Of a stretch of 18,652 nucleotides of DNA, positions 1-7,884 are shown in pieces. The position numbers and the translations under genes are program-made. This stretch comes from Candidatus Fervidifonticultor quintus (lineage in GTDB: Bacteria; Sysuimicrobiota; Sysuimicrobiia; Sysuimicrobiales; Humicultoraceae): positions 1 to 18,652 of the forward strand of contig JAVKIJ010000065.1 in assembly GCA_031459535.1 (NCBI GenBank), written 5' to 3'. The notes under the pieces are model-generated. The model had not been told where the DNA came from, searched no databases, and was given only the letters and a program-made list of their open reading frames with translations. The stretch's first letter is position 1, and the number at the start of each line of letters is the position of its first letter.

Positions 1-1206
1 CTGGCCTACGTGGTCAACGCCCTGTGGATCGCGCCCAGGCTGCGCCGCTACTCCCACGAGCACGGTGCGCTCACCTTCCCGGACTTCGTCGCCGACCGGT
101 TCAACAGCAGCCTGGCCCGCGGCGTCGCCGCGGTGCTCACCGTGATTGCCTATATCGTCTTCATGTCGGCGCAGTACCAGGCCGGCGGCGTCATCCTCCA
201 GACGCTCTATGGGGTACCGTTCCTCTACGGCGCGGTGGTGCTCATGGCGATCACCGCCCTGTACACCACGGTGGGCGGCATGATCGCCGTCATGAACACG
301 GACTTCCTGCAGCAGATGGGCATGGCGATCGGCGTGGTGGTCGGCCTGCCACTCCTGATCGGCTACGCCGGCGGTCTGGAGAACATCGGCCTGGTGCTGC
401 GGGAGGTCACGCCCAAGTATCTGTCCTGGCACTTCGGGCTGCGAGATCTGCTCGGGTTCGGGCTGGCGTTCGGCCTGACGTTCGTGGCCGCGCCGTACGT
501 GGTCACCCGGTTCTACGCGGCCCGGGACGACCGGGCAGTCAAGCAGGGCGTAGCCGTGGCGCTATTCTTCAACGTGCTCATCGCGACCTCCGTAGCCATT
601 ATCGGGATGTCCATGCGCGTCCTCTACCCCCAGCTGGCCGTGGCGGATGCCGCATCCACGGTCTTTGCCAGCCAGGTGCTCCCACCGTTTGTGGGAGCGC
701 TGATGCTGGTGGCCGTCCTGGCAGCCATCATGAGCACCGTGGACTCGGTGCTGCTGGTGACCTCGTCGGCCATCTCCCACGACATCTACTATCGCATGAT
801 CAACCCCAACGCGTCGGAGAAGACCCGCATGCGGATCAATCATTGGGCGACCGCGGTGGTCGGTGCCATTCCGATCCTGCTGACCGTGCGCCGGCTGGAC
901 ATCGTCCAGTTCGTCGTGGTCGCCTACGCCGCGCTGCTGGCCAGCATCGTCTTCGTTCCCGTGGTCGTGGGGTTGTTCTGGAAGCGGGCCAGCTCCGCTG
1001 GGGTCATCGGCTCCATGATTATCGGCTTCGGGGTCTGCCTGCTGTGGTATCTGCTAAAGCAGCCGTGGCGGCTCAACCCGGTCATTCCCGGGGTGATCGC
1101 GGGCGCCCTGGCTATGTACATCATCTCTCTGGCGACCAGCCCTGTGCCGGAGCAGAATCTCAGGATCTTCTTCCCGGAGACGGCTCGGGCCGGAGGGGAC
1201 GACTGA
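1..1206 (+). CDS. Sodium:solute symporter (SSS/PutP-like) family transporter, 5'-truncated
   Basis: The frame is open from base 1 (CTG GCC TAC GTG...). It has many hydrophobic helices and SSS-type segments 'APRLRRY...LTFPDFVADRF', 'YTTVGGMIAVMNTDFLQ', 'AAIMSTVDS' and 'GLFWKRASSAG'. Substrate unknown. Confidence 0.9.
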   Translation: MAYVVNALWIAPRLRRYSHEHGALTFPDFVADRFNSSLARGVAAVLTVIAYIVFMSAQYQAGGVILQTLYGVPFLYGAVVLMAITALYTTVGGMIAVMNTDFLQQMGMAIGVVVGLPLLIGYAGGLENIGLVLREVTPKYLSWHFGLRDLLGFGLAFGLTFVAAPYVVTRFYAARDDRAVKQGVAVALFFNVLIATSVAIIGMSMRVLYPQLAVADAASTVFASQVLPPFVGALMLVAVLAAIMSTVDSVLLVTSSAISHDIYYRMINPNASEKTRMRINHWATAVVGAIPILLTVRRLDIVQFVVVAYAALLASIVFVPVVVGLFWKRASSAGVIGSMIIGFGVCLLWYLLKQPWRLNPVIPGVIAGALAMYIISLATSPVPEQNLRIFFPETARAGGDD

Positions 1207-1239
1207 GGTCCCGGCTCGGTCTGGGGTGGGGGTAAAGAA

Positions 1240-3030
1240 ATGGACACCATGGCGATTGGCGGATGGCGGGATCCGGCGTTTGAACAGGCCCTGTGGGCTT
1301 CGATCTCGGGGGACGTGCCCTGGGAGGTGGTCACGCGTTTTGCCACCCTCGTGCGGGAATCGGGCACTGCGGAAGAGCGAGAGGCGTTTACCTATCTGGC
1401 CGACCGGTTGTCGGCGTGGGGGGTGCCGCACACGTTGCACGAGCCGGTCTGTCTGATCAGCCTGCCGCGTGGCGCCGCGCTCCGGGTGCTGGGTCGCAAG
1501 CCCGAGGACGTGGTGGCCAAGACCCCCTCGTTCTCCGCACCGACCGGCGACGGATGGCTCGAGGGCCAGGTCGCCTACGTGCCCACGGGCTTTGCGGCCG
1601 ACATCACCCAGATCTTCGGGCCGGGGGCAGGCGTGCCGGCCCAGGTACGGGGGCGCATTGCGCTCACCGAAGGGTACCCGATGCCTGGCAAGGTCCTGGA
1701 CTTCATGCGGGCCGGCGTGCTCGGTGCCGTGTTCATCAGCCCCGGCGAACGGATCCACGAGGGGATCTGTACCTCGATCTGGGGATCACCCGATCTGGAC
1801 TCGGTTGACCGAAAGCCTACGATCCCCGTGGTGGCCATCAGCCGGCCCGACGGCGAGCGCCTCAAGGCCCTCGTCCTCAGCCGCAGGCGCCCGCCTCGCT
1901 TCGCCATCCAGACGCGGCTGGAGGAGCGCTGGAGGCCGATCCCGTTGCTGGTCGCGGAGATCCGCGGCCGCGATGCGCCGGAGGAGTTCTGCCTGGTGCA
2001 CGGGCACGTGGACTCCTGGCACGTCGGGGTCGGCGACAACGCCGTGGGTGACGCCACGCTGCTGGAGCTGGCCAGGGTGTTCTGGGCCCATCGCGACGGC
2101 CTGCGCCGCACGCTGCGGGTGGCCTGGTGGTCGGGCCACTCGCACGGACGCTATGCGGGCTCGACCTGGTACGCGGACACGTTCGGGCTGGACCTGGCCG
2201 CATGGTGCGTGGCCCAGGTGAACTGTGACTCGCCGGGGTGCCGGGACGCATCGGCCTTCGAGAAGGTGATGTGGATGAGCGAGGCCGAGGAGCTGGCCCG
2301 GGGATCGGTTGAAGACGCCACCGGTTTGCCGGCCTCGGGCACGCGGCCGTTGCGAGCCGGGGACTACTCGTTCAACAACATCGGTCTGACCGGCTTCTAC
2401 ATGCTCCTCTCGGAGATCCCCGAGGCCGAGAAGACGCGGAGAGGCCTGTACGCCGTGGGAGGATGCGGGGGTAACATCGAGTGGCACGCGGAGGACGACA
2501 TGCTGCCCGTTGCCGACCGGGCCAACCTTATCCGCGACATCAAGGTTTACGCCACGGGATTGAGCCGCGCGCTCAACGCTCCCCTGCACCCGTTCGACTT
2601 CAGGAAGACGGCCAATGAGATCCTCGCCACCCTGAGACGCTACGAGGCCGGTGCGGGCGGCCGCCTGGACCTGTCGGCTCCGGTCCGTGAGGCAGCAGGG
2701 CTGCGTGGCGATCTCGATGACTTCTACCGGGCGGCCGAACTGCTCGCCGCAAGACCCCTGACCGATCCCGACGTGCGCCGCTTCAACCGACAACAGCGCG
2801 CGCTCGCCCGGGTGCTGGTGAGGATCAACTACACGCGGGAGGGCCTCTTCCGTCACGATCCGGCGGTGGAAGTGCCGGCGTTGCCGGACCTGGCCGACGC
2901 CCCGCGCCTTGGCGCTGTTCCGGAAGGGTCACCCGAGTACTACGTGCTCTCCACCCACCTGTTGCGTGGGCGCAACCGGGTGACCTGGGCACTGAGGGAC
3001 GCCAGGCGGATCTTGCGCGGAGAGGCTTAG
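1240..3030 (+). CDS. M28-family metallopeptidase/amidohydrolase with PA domain and an atypical catalytic motif
   Basis: HxD ligand 'HGHVDSW' (1999-2019), 'GVGDNAVG', 'VNCDSPG' and C-terminal 'WHAEDD' are present, as is the PA-domain end 'PTIPVVAISRPDGERL'. The usual EE motif appears as 'WSGHSHGRYAGS'. The start could also be ATG 1249. Confidence 0.85.
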   Translation: MDTMAIGGWRDPAFEQALWASISGDVPWEVVTRFATLVRESGTAEEREAFTYLADRLSAWGVPHTLHEPVCLISLPRGAALRVLGRKPEDVVAKTPSFSAPTGDGWLEGQVAYVPTGFAADITQIFGPGAGVPAQVRGRIALTEGYPMPGKVLDFMRAGVLGAVFISPGERIHEGICTSIWGSPDLDSVDRKPTIPVVAISRPDGERLKALVLSRRRPPRFAIQTRLEERWRPIPLLVAEIRGRDAPEEFCLVHGHVDSWHVGVGDNAVGDATLLELARVFWAHRDGLRRTLRVAWWSGHSHGRYAGSTWYADTFGLDLAAWCVAQVNCDSPGCRDASAFEKVMWMSEAEELARGSVEDATGLPASGTRPLRAGDYSFNNIGLTGFYMLLSEIPEAEKTRRGLYAVGGCGGNIEWHAEDDMLPVADRANLIRDIKVYATGLSRALNAPLHPFDFRKTANEILATLRRYEAGAGGRLDLSAPVREAAGLRGDLDDFYRAAELLAARPLTDPDVRRFNRQQRALARVLVRINYTREGLFRHDPAVEVPALPDLADAPRLGAVPEGSPEYYVLSTHLLRGRNRVTWALRDARRILRGEA

Positions 3031-3032
3031 CC

Positions 3033-4106
3033 GTGGGCGTGCTGGTCGCCACCGGCGATCTCATGCTGACCCGGCCACCGGCAGGCGCGGGCGTGCGGTG
3101 GCTTGGCGAGGCAGACCTCAGTGTTGTCAACCTCGAGGTACCGCTGTGCACCGGAGGTCGTCCGGCCGAGAAGCTGATCAATCTGCGCGCCAGCCCGGCG
3201 CTGGCGCCGGCCCTGCGGGCTGCAGGCGTCCGCGTGGCCAGCGTGGCCAACAACCACGCGCTGGACTTCGGCCCCGAGGGACTGGCCCAGACCCTGCAGG
3301 CGCTGCGCGGCGCAGGGATTCAGCCCGTCGGGGGCGGCGGCACCGTCCAGGAAGCTCTGGCGCCCGCCGTTGTGCGCGTCGGCGACACTACCGTGGCCTG
3401 CCTGGGGTTGGCCTGCACCCTGCCTCCCGGATTCGCCGCAGGGCCTACCTGGGCGGGCATCGCGCCCATCCACATCACCTACACGGTGGTCTTCGACGCG
3501 CCGACCCTGGAAGAGCAGCCAGGCACCTCACCCTACGTGCGCACGGCAGCCGTTGCGGAGGATGTGGCGCGGGCAGAGGACGCCATCCGGTCGGCGCGTC
3601 GGCAGGCCGACCTCGTCGTGCTGGCCGTGCACTGGGGCGTCCCTTCAGGGTGGGTGGCGGCTTTCCAGGGGCCGCTGGCCGAGTACCAGCGACCCCTCGG
3701 ACGGCGTCTGATCGACGCGGGCGCCGACGTGATCGTGGGCCATCACCCGCATACGCTGCACGGCGTCGAGCGGTACCGGGACGGGCTCATCTGCTACAGC
3801 CTCGGCAACTTCCTGTTCCACAGTCTCGGCCGTGGTGAGGAACTGGTGATCGCCCGTCCTGGGACGCCGCCCTACGACCTGGCCACGCTCACATCGGGCG
3901 AGGCGCTGGAGGGTGCCGTGCTCGTCGTCGAGGTGGGAGGCGGCCGTATCCGCAGCGCGCGGCTGCGTCCGCTGATCCTCGACGAGGCGGGAGAACCCCA
4001 GCCGGCGGGCGATCGCGCCGTCGCCATCCTCGACCGCATCGCCGCCCAGAGCCGGCGGCTGGGCGCTACTTTCGCCGTCGCCGACGGGGAACTGATCCTG
4101 CTCTGA
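3033..4106 (+). CDS. CapA/PGA_cap family metallophosphoesterase-fold protein
   Basis: Motifs 'GDLML', 'VNLE', 'ANNHALDFG', 'HWG', 'GHHPH' and 'YSLGNF'. The GTG start is 2 nt after the upstream stop. No signal peptide or membrane anchor is evident. Confidence 0.9.
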   Translation: MGVLVATGDLMLTRPPAGAGVRWLGEADLSVVNLEVPLCTGGRPAEKLINLRASPALAPALRAAGVRVASVANNHALDFGPEGLAQTLQALRGAGIQPVGGGGTVQEALAPAVVRVGDTTVACLGLACTLPPGFAAGPTWAGIAPIHITYTVVFDAPTLEEQPGTSPYVRTAAVAEDVARAEDAIRSARRQADLVVLAVHWGVPSGWVAAFQGPLAEYQRPLGRRLIDAGADVIVGHHPHTLHGVERYRDGLICYSLGNFLFHSLGRGEELVIARPGTPPYDLATLTSGEALEGAVLVVEVGGGRIRSARLRPLILDEAGEPQPAGDRAVAILDRIAAQSRRLGATFAVADGELILL

Positions 4107-4137
4107 GCCCGCTTGGGTCGGGCGTGGAGGGTCGTGG

Positions 4138-5271
4138 GTGAGCACCGCAACGGTGTACGAGGAGTTGGGCCTGCGGCAGGTCATCAATGCTCGGGGCAAT
4201 GTCACCGTGCTGGGCGGCTCGATTCTCTCGCCGGCTGTCCGCGCCGCGATGGACGACGCCAACGTCCGGTTTGCGGATATGGCCGAGCTGTTGGAGCGCT
4301 CAGGCCGGCTCATCGCCGACGTGCTGGGCACTCAGGCGGCGCTGGTCACCTCGGGCTGCTTTGCCGCACTGGTCCAGGGTGCGGCGGCGATCATGACCGG
4401 TCAGGATCCCGAGCGCATCGCGCGGCTCCCGGATACGGCCGGGATGCGCAACGAATTCCTGCTGCAGAAGGCCATGCGCTACCGGTACGACCGCGCCGTG
4501 ACGGTGCCGGGCGGCCGGCTCGTGGAGGTGGGGACCGAGCAGGGCACGATGCCCGAGGCCCTGGAGGTCGCCATCGGCCCGCAGACCGCCGGCATCCTGT
4601 ACTTCGCTCGAGAGGAAGGCGCGAACGGGACGCTGCGGATTCCTGACGTGGTGCGCGTCGCGCGCAAGAGGGGTGTCGCCGTCCTCGTGGATGCGGCGGC
4701 CGAGGTCTATCCGCTGGAGCGGATGACCTGGCTGGCCGGGCAGAGCGGGGCCGACCTGGTGTGCTTCGGTGCCAAGTACTTCGGGTCGACGCAGTCCACC
4801 GGCATCCTCTGCGGCCGCCGCGACCTGGTCGAGGCGGCCGCCATGAACGGATTCATTGGCTACGAGACCTACGAGAACCGGTCCATCGGCCGGGGCTACA
4901 AGGTGGACCGCCAGGAGATCGCGGCGACGGTGGCGGCGCTGCGCGAGTGGTTTGCCGCCGACCATGCGAGCTGGCTGGCCGTCTGTGCGCAGCGTATCGA
5001 CACTATTGCCCGCGCGCTCGCCGATCTGCCCCACGTCACTGCCGAGTCCACCTGGCCGCGCGGTGGGCCCTGGATGCAGCTCCAGCTGAGCTTCGCGCCC
5101 GGCTCCGGCCTGACGGCTGTGGAGGTGGAGCGGAAGCTGCGCGAGGGCACCCCGAGCGTGTGGGTCCGCGTCGACGGCGACGTGATCAACGTGGTGGTGC
5201 ACACGCTGCTGGAAGGCGAGGACCGCGTGGTGGCCGATCGCCTGCGTGCCGTCTTGAGTCGGGCCCCGTGA
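4138..5271 (+). CDS. SelA-like / DgaE-like fold-type I PLP-dependent enzyme (possible ammonia-lyase)
   Basis: Motifs 'VINARGNVTVLGGS', 'VDAAAE' (PLP Asp), 'CFGAKY' (putative Schiff-base Lys213, codon 4774) and 'IGRGYKVDRQEI'. GGAGG lies at 4126-4130, 7 nt before the GTG. At 377 aa it lacks the N-terminal extension of true SelA. Confidence 0.8.
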   Translation: MSTATVYEELGLRQVINARGNVTVLGGSILSPAVRAAMDDANVRFADMAELLERSGRLIADVLGTQAALVTSGCFAALVQGAAAIMTGQDPERIARLPDTAGMRNEFLLQKAMRYRYDRAVTVPGGRLVEVGTEQGTMPEALEVAIGPQTAGILYFAREEGANGTLRIPDVVRVARKRGVAVLVDAAAEVYPLERMTWLAGQSGADLVCFGAKYFGSTQSTGILCGRRDLVEAAAMNGFIGYETYENRSIGRGYKVDRQEIAATVAALREWFAADHASWLAVCAQRIDTIARALADLPHVTAESTWPRGGPWMQLQLSFAPGSGLTAVEVERKLREGTPSVWVRVDGDVINVVVHTLLEGEDRVVADRLRAVLSRAP

Positions 5272-5288
5272 TCACACCGTAGCGGGAG

Positions 5289-6944
5289 GTGCCAGGTCTT
5301 CTGGCTAAAGACGCGCTCTCCATGGACTGGAAGAAGGTCTGGCGCAGTATCGTGGTGGCCGCGTGCGTGGTGATGCTCGCTGGCGCGCCACTGCCGCAGA
5401 TCGACAGCGTCACCGCCCACTACGCAAAGATCGCCAAACACGTCCTCGAGAGCGGTGAGTGGATCACCCTGCGCCACCCCCATCGGCCAGGCTGGATCCA
5501 GGACAAGCCGCCGCTGACCATCTGGTTGCTGGCGCTCTCGATCAGGCTCCTGGGCGGCGGCGACGTGGCGCTGCGCCTGTGGCACCTGGTGATGGCCCTG
5601 GCGCTCGTGGTCGTCACCTACCGGATCGCCCGGCTGGCCCTGGACGAGGAGGCGAGCCTGCTGACCGCCGTCCTGGTCGCGACCTTTGCGGCTGTGTTCT
5701 ACCTGAGCGGGATGCCGCAACAGGACGTACCGCTGGCGCTGTTTCTCGCCCTGGCGTTCTACGCGTATCTGGTGTACCGTCGGGAGGGCCGCATCCGTCA
5801 CGCCGTGCTGTCGGCGTGCTGGTTGGGGTTGGCGGTCCTGAGCAAGGGCTTGATCGCACCGGTCGTCTTTGGGCCTGTGGTCGGTGCCGAGCTGCTGCTC
5901 GCCCGACGTCGGGGCGAGCCCGGATGCTGGCGGTGGGACCACGTGGCGGTTGCCATCGCGGTCTGTGCGGTGATCACGCTGCCGTGGTTCGTGGTAGGCG
6001 CGGTCCGCCAGGGGATGCCGTTTGTCGAGACGTTCACCACCGGCGACAACGGCCTGGCCCGCTTTCTTCGACCCTTTCTCGGCGAGCGGGCCGGGCCAAG
6101 GCTTCTTCACGGGTTCTCCCCACTGGCCTACCTGGCCCTGCTGATGATCGGCATGTTGCCCTGGACCGGCCTGTTGCCCGGTGCTGCGAAGGTCGCCTGG
6201 CAGTCGCTGGGCCGCGGTCCGGCGCCGCTGCGCCTGTGCGGGCTGTGGGGCGGCTTCGTGTTCCTGATGTTCGCCCTGTCGTCGGGCGACCGCGTGCTGC
6301 GCTACCTCCTGCCCGCTTTCCCGGCGCTGGCGGTCCTGGGCGGACGGTCGCTCGCCTCAATGGTTGACGAGCCATGGCGGCTGCGGGCCGCCGCGGTGAT
6401 GTCCGGGGCCCTGGGGATTCCACTGTGGGCTGGCCTGATCTGGATCACAGGGCTGGAGAATATCCCGCTCCTGAAGGCATATCTCCGGCTGGCGGCGCCC
6501 TCGCTGGCGACCATGGCGCTGGCGCTGGTGGCCTTCGGCGCCGCTACGTTTCGCGGCCGCAGCCGCGAGGCCGTCGCCATGCTGGCGATCGGTGCCGTGC
6601 TCTCGTACGCGCTGGCGTACGGGGCCATGGCGACGGGCTATCGCCGCCTGTGGCCCTGGCCCGAGGTCGCCGAGGCCGTCAACCGGCTCTCCCAAAAGGG
6701 AGACCGCGTTCTGGTGGTAGGCAGCGCCGGCGCCGAGGTCGGTTTCGCCGCCTACGAGATCACCGTGCCAGTCTTACCTGCGGGCAATGACCACGAGTTC
6801 CTGGTTGCCTGGCAGTCTGGCCCCCTGTTCGGGCTGCTCTCCCCAGACGCCTACGCGCGGCTGGGGACGCGAGTGGGCGGCACGGTCCTGGTGCGGATGC
6901 CCACGGGCTGGGTGCTCATCACCAACCGCTACTGCTGCCGTTGA
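5289..6944 (+). CDS. ArnT/PMT-like (GT-C fold, GT83/GT39-like) polytopic membrane glycosyltransferase
   Basis: Motifs 'HYAKIAKHVLESGEW', 'DKPPL', 'AVLSKG', 'LPWF', 'GMLPW' and 'RYLLPAFPALA', with many TM helices. The start is uncertain (GTG 5289 or ATG 5322). Confidence 0.85.
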   Translation: MPGLLAKDALSMDWKKVWRSIVVAACVVMLAGAPLPQIDSVTAHYAKIAKHVLESGEWITLRHPHRPGWIQDKPPLTIWLLALSIRLLGGGDVALRLWHLVMALALVVVTYRIARLALDEEASLLTAVLVATFAAVFYLSGMPQQDVPLALFLALAFYAYLVYRREGRIRHAVLSACWLGLAVLSKGLIAPVVFGPVVGAELLLARRRGEPGCWRWDHVAVAIAVCAVITLPWFVVGAVRQGMPFVETFTTGDNGLARFLRPFLGERAGPRLLHGFSPLAYLALLMIGMLPWTGLLPGAAKVAWQSLGRGPAPLRLCGLWGGFVFLMFALSSGDRVLRYLLPAFPALAVLGGRSLASMVDEPWRLRAAAVMSGALGIPLWAGLIWITGLENIPLLKAYLRLAAPSLATMALALVAFGAATFRGRSREAVAMLAIGAVLSYALAYGAMATGYRRLWPWPEVAEAVNRLSQKGDRVLVVGSAGAEVGFAAYEITVPVLPAGNDHEFLVAWQSGPLFGLLSPDAYARLGTRVGGTVLVRMPTGWVLITNRYCCR

Positions 6945-6948
6945 CCGT

Positions 6949-7851
6949 TCACGTCACCATCACGGGCTCTAGCCGGGCCAGGTACCGATCCACATCGGCC
7001 AGATCCCACCGGTCGAGCGGGTGAGCCTGCGGATCCCGTACCACGTTGGTGCGGATCACGCCACGACGCCGCAGGAGATCCTTCGCGAAGGCCACTCCGT
7101 ACTGGCTGCCCAGGACCAGCAGGGGAAGAAGTTTGAGGTACAGGGCCTCGGCGTCTTCGCGCTGGCCCGCGCGATAGAGCTCATAGATTCGCACGTGCAC
7201 GTCGATGGTGGAGCAGTTCGGCATGTTGCCGCACGCCCCGCGGTCCAGCTCGTTGAGCAGCCAGATGCCGTTCTGGCCGCCGAAGGCACCCAGCAGACGA
7301 TCGCCGGCCGATGCGATCAGTGCCGACATGCGCTGACCGGAAGGGTTGACCTCCTCCTTGACGTAGCGGATGGCCGGCACCTGCTCCAGCAGCTTTACGA
7401 GCGAGGGGACTGGCAGCGGTGTGCCCAGAGGCGGCTCGGCATTTTGGACGATGACCGGGCGATCGCCGGCGGCATCGGCGACGGCCGCGTAGTACGCGAT
7501 GACCCCGGACTCCCCGGGGCGGCGGACGTAGGGCGGGAGCACCATGATGCCGTCCGCGCCGCGAGAGACGGCGTGGCGGACGAAGGCCACGGCGGCCGGC
7601 GCAGAGACGCCGTTGCAGCTAATGACGACGGGCACGCGGCCGTGGGCCTCATCAAGGACGACCTCGGCCACTTCCATGCGTTCCGCATCGGACAGCGTGA
7701 AGAACTCGCTGGCGTTGGCCGGGATCACGAGCCCATGGGCCCCCGCCTGGAGGCAGAACCGTACCAGCCGGCGCAGGCTCTCGGTATCGATGGCGCCTCC
7801 GTCATCGAAGGGTGTCTGTAGAATGGGAAACATTCCCCCAAACCGCGTCAT
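6949..7851 (-). CDS. DHDPS/NAL-family protein, resembling the L-2-keto-3-deoxyarabonate dehydratase (AraD-type) clade
   Basis: Motifs 'GMFPILQTPF', 'ANASEF', 'GRVPVV', 'LPPY', 'IVQN' and 'YVKEE' (Schiff-base Lys165). AGGAGG RBS at 7863-7858. Confidence 0.85.
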   Translation of the reverse strand: MTRFGGMFPILQTPFDDGGAIDTESLRRLVRFCLQAGAHGLVIPANASEFFTLSDAERMEVAEVVLDEAHGRVPVVISCNGVSAPAAVAFVRHAVSRGADGIMVLPPYVRRPGESGVIAYYAAVADAAGDRPVIVQNAEPPLGTPLPVPSLVKLLEQVPAIRYVKEEVNPSGQRMSALIASAGDRLLGAFGGQNGIWLLNELDRGACGNMPNCSTIDVHVRIYELYRAGQREDAEALYLKLLPLLVLGSQYGVAFAKDLLRRRGVIRTNVVRDPQAHPLDRWDLADVDRYLARLEPVMVT

Positions 7852-7884
7852 CGCTATCCTCCTGGTAGTCGGCGGCGTGTGGCG

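Noticed and set aside
3033-4106. Poly-gamma-glutamate capsule locus
   Set aside because: No capB/capC/capD genes are in the window and the protein has no membrane anchor.
4107-4123. Inverted repeat GCCCG-N7-CGGGC after the capA-like gene as a terminator
   Set aside because: The stem is only 5 bp with no U-tract, which is likely by chance in GC-rich DNA.
4138-5271. Calling the PLP enzyme selA (selenocysteine synthase)
   Set aside because: It is too short, lacks the N-terminal tRNA-binding region and the FSGDK motif, and no selB/selC/selD is in the window.
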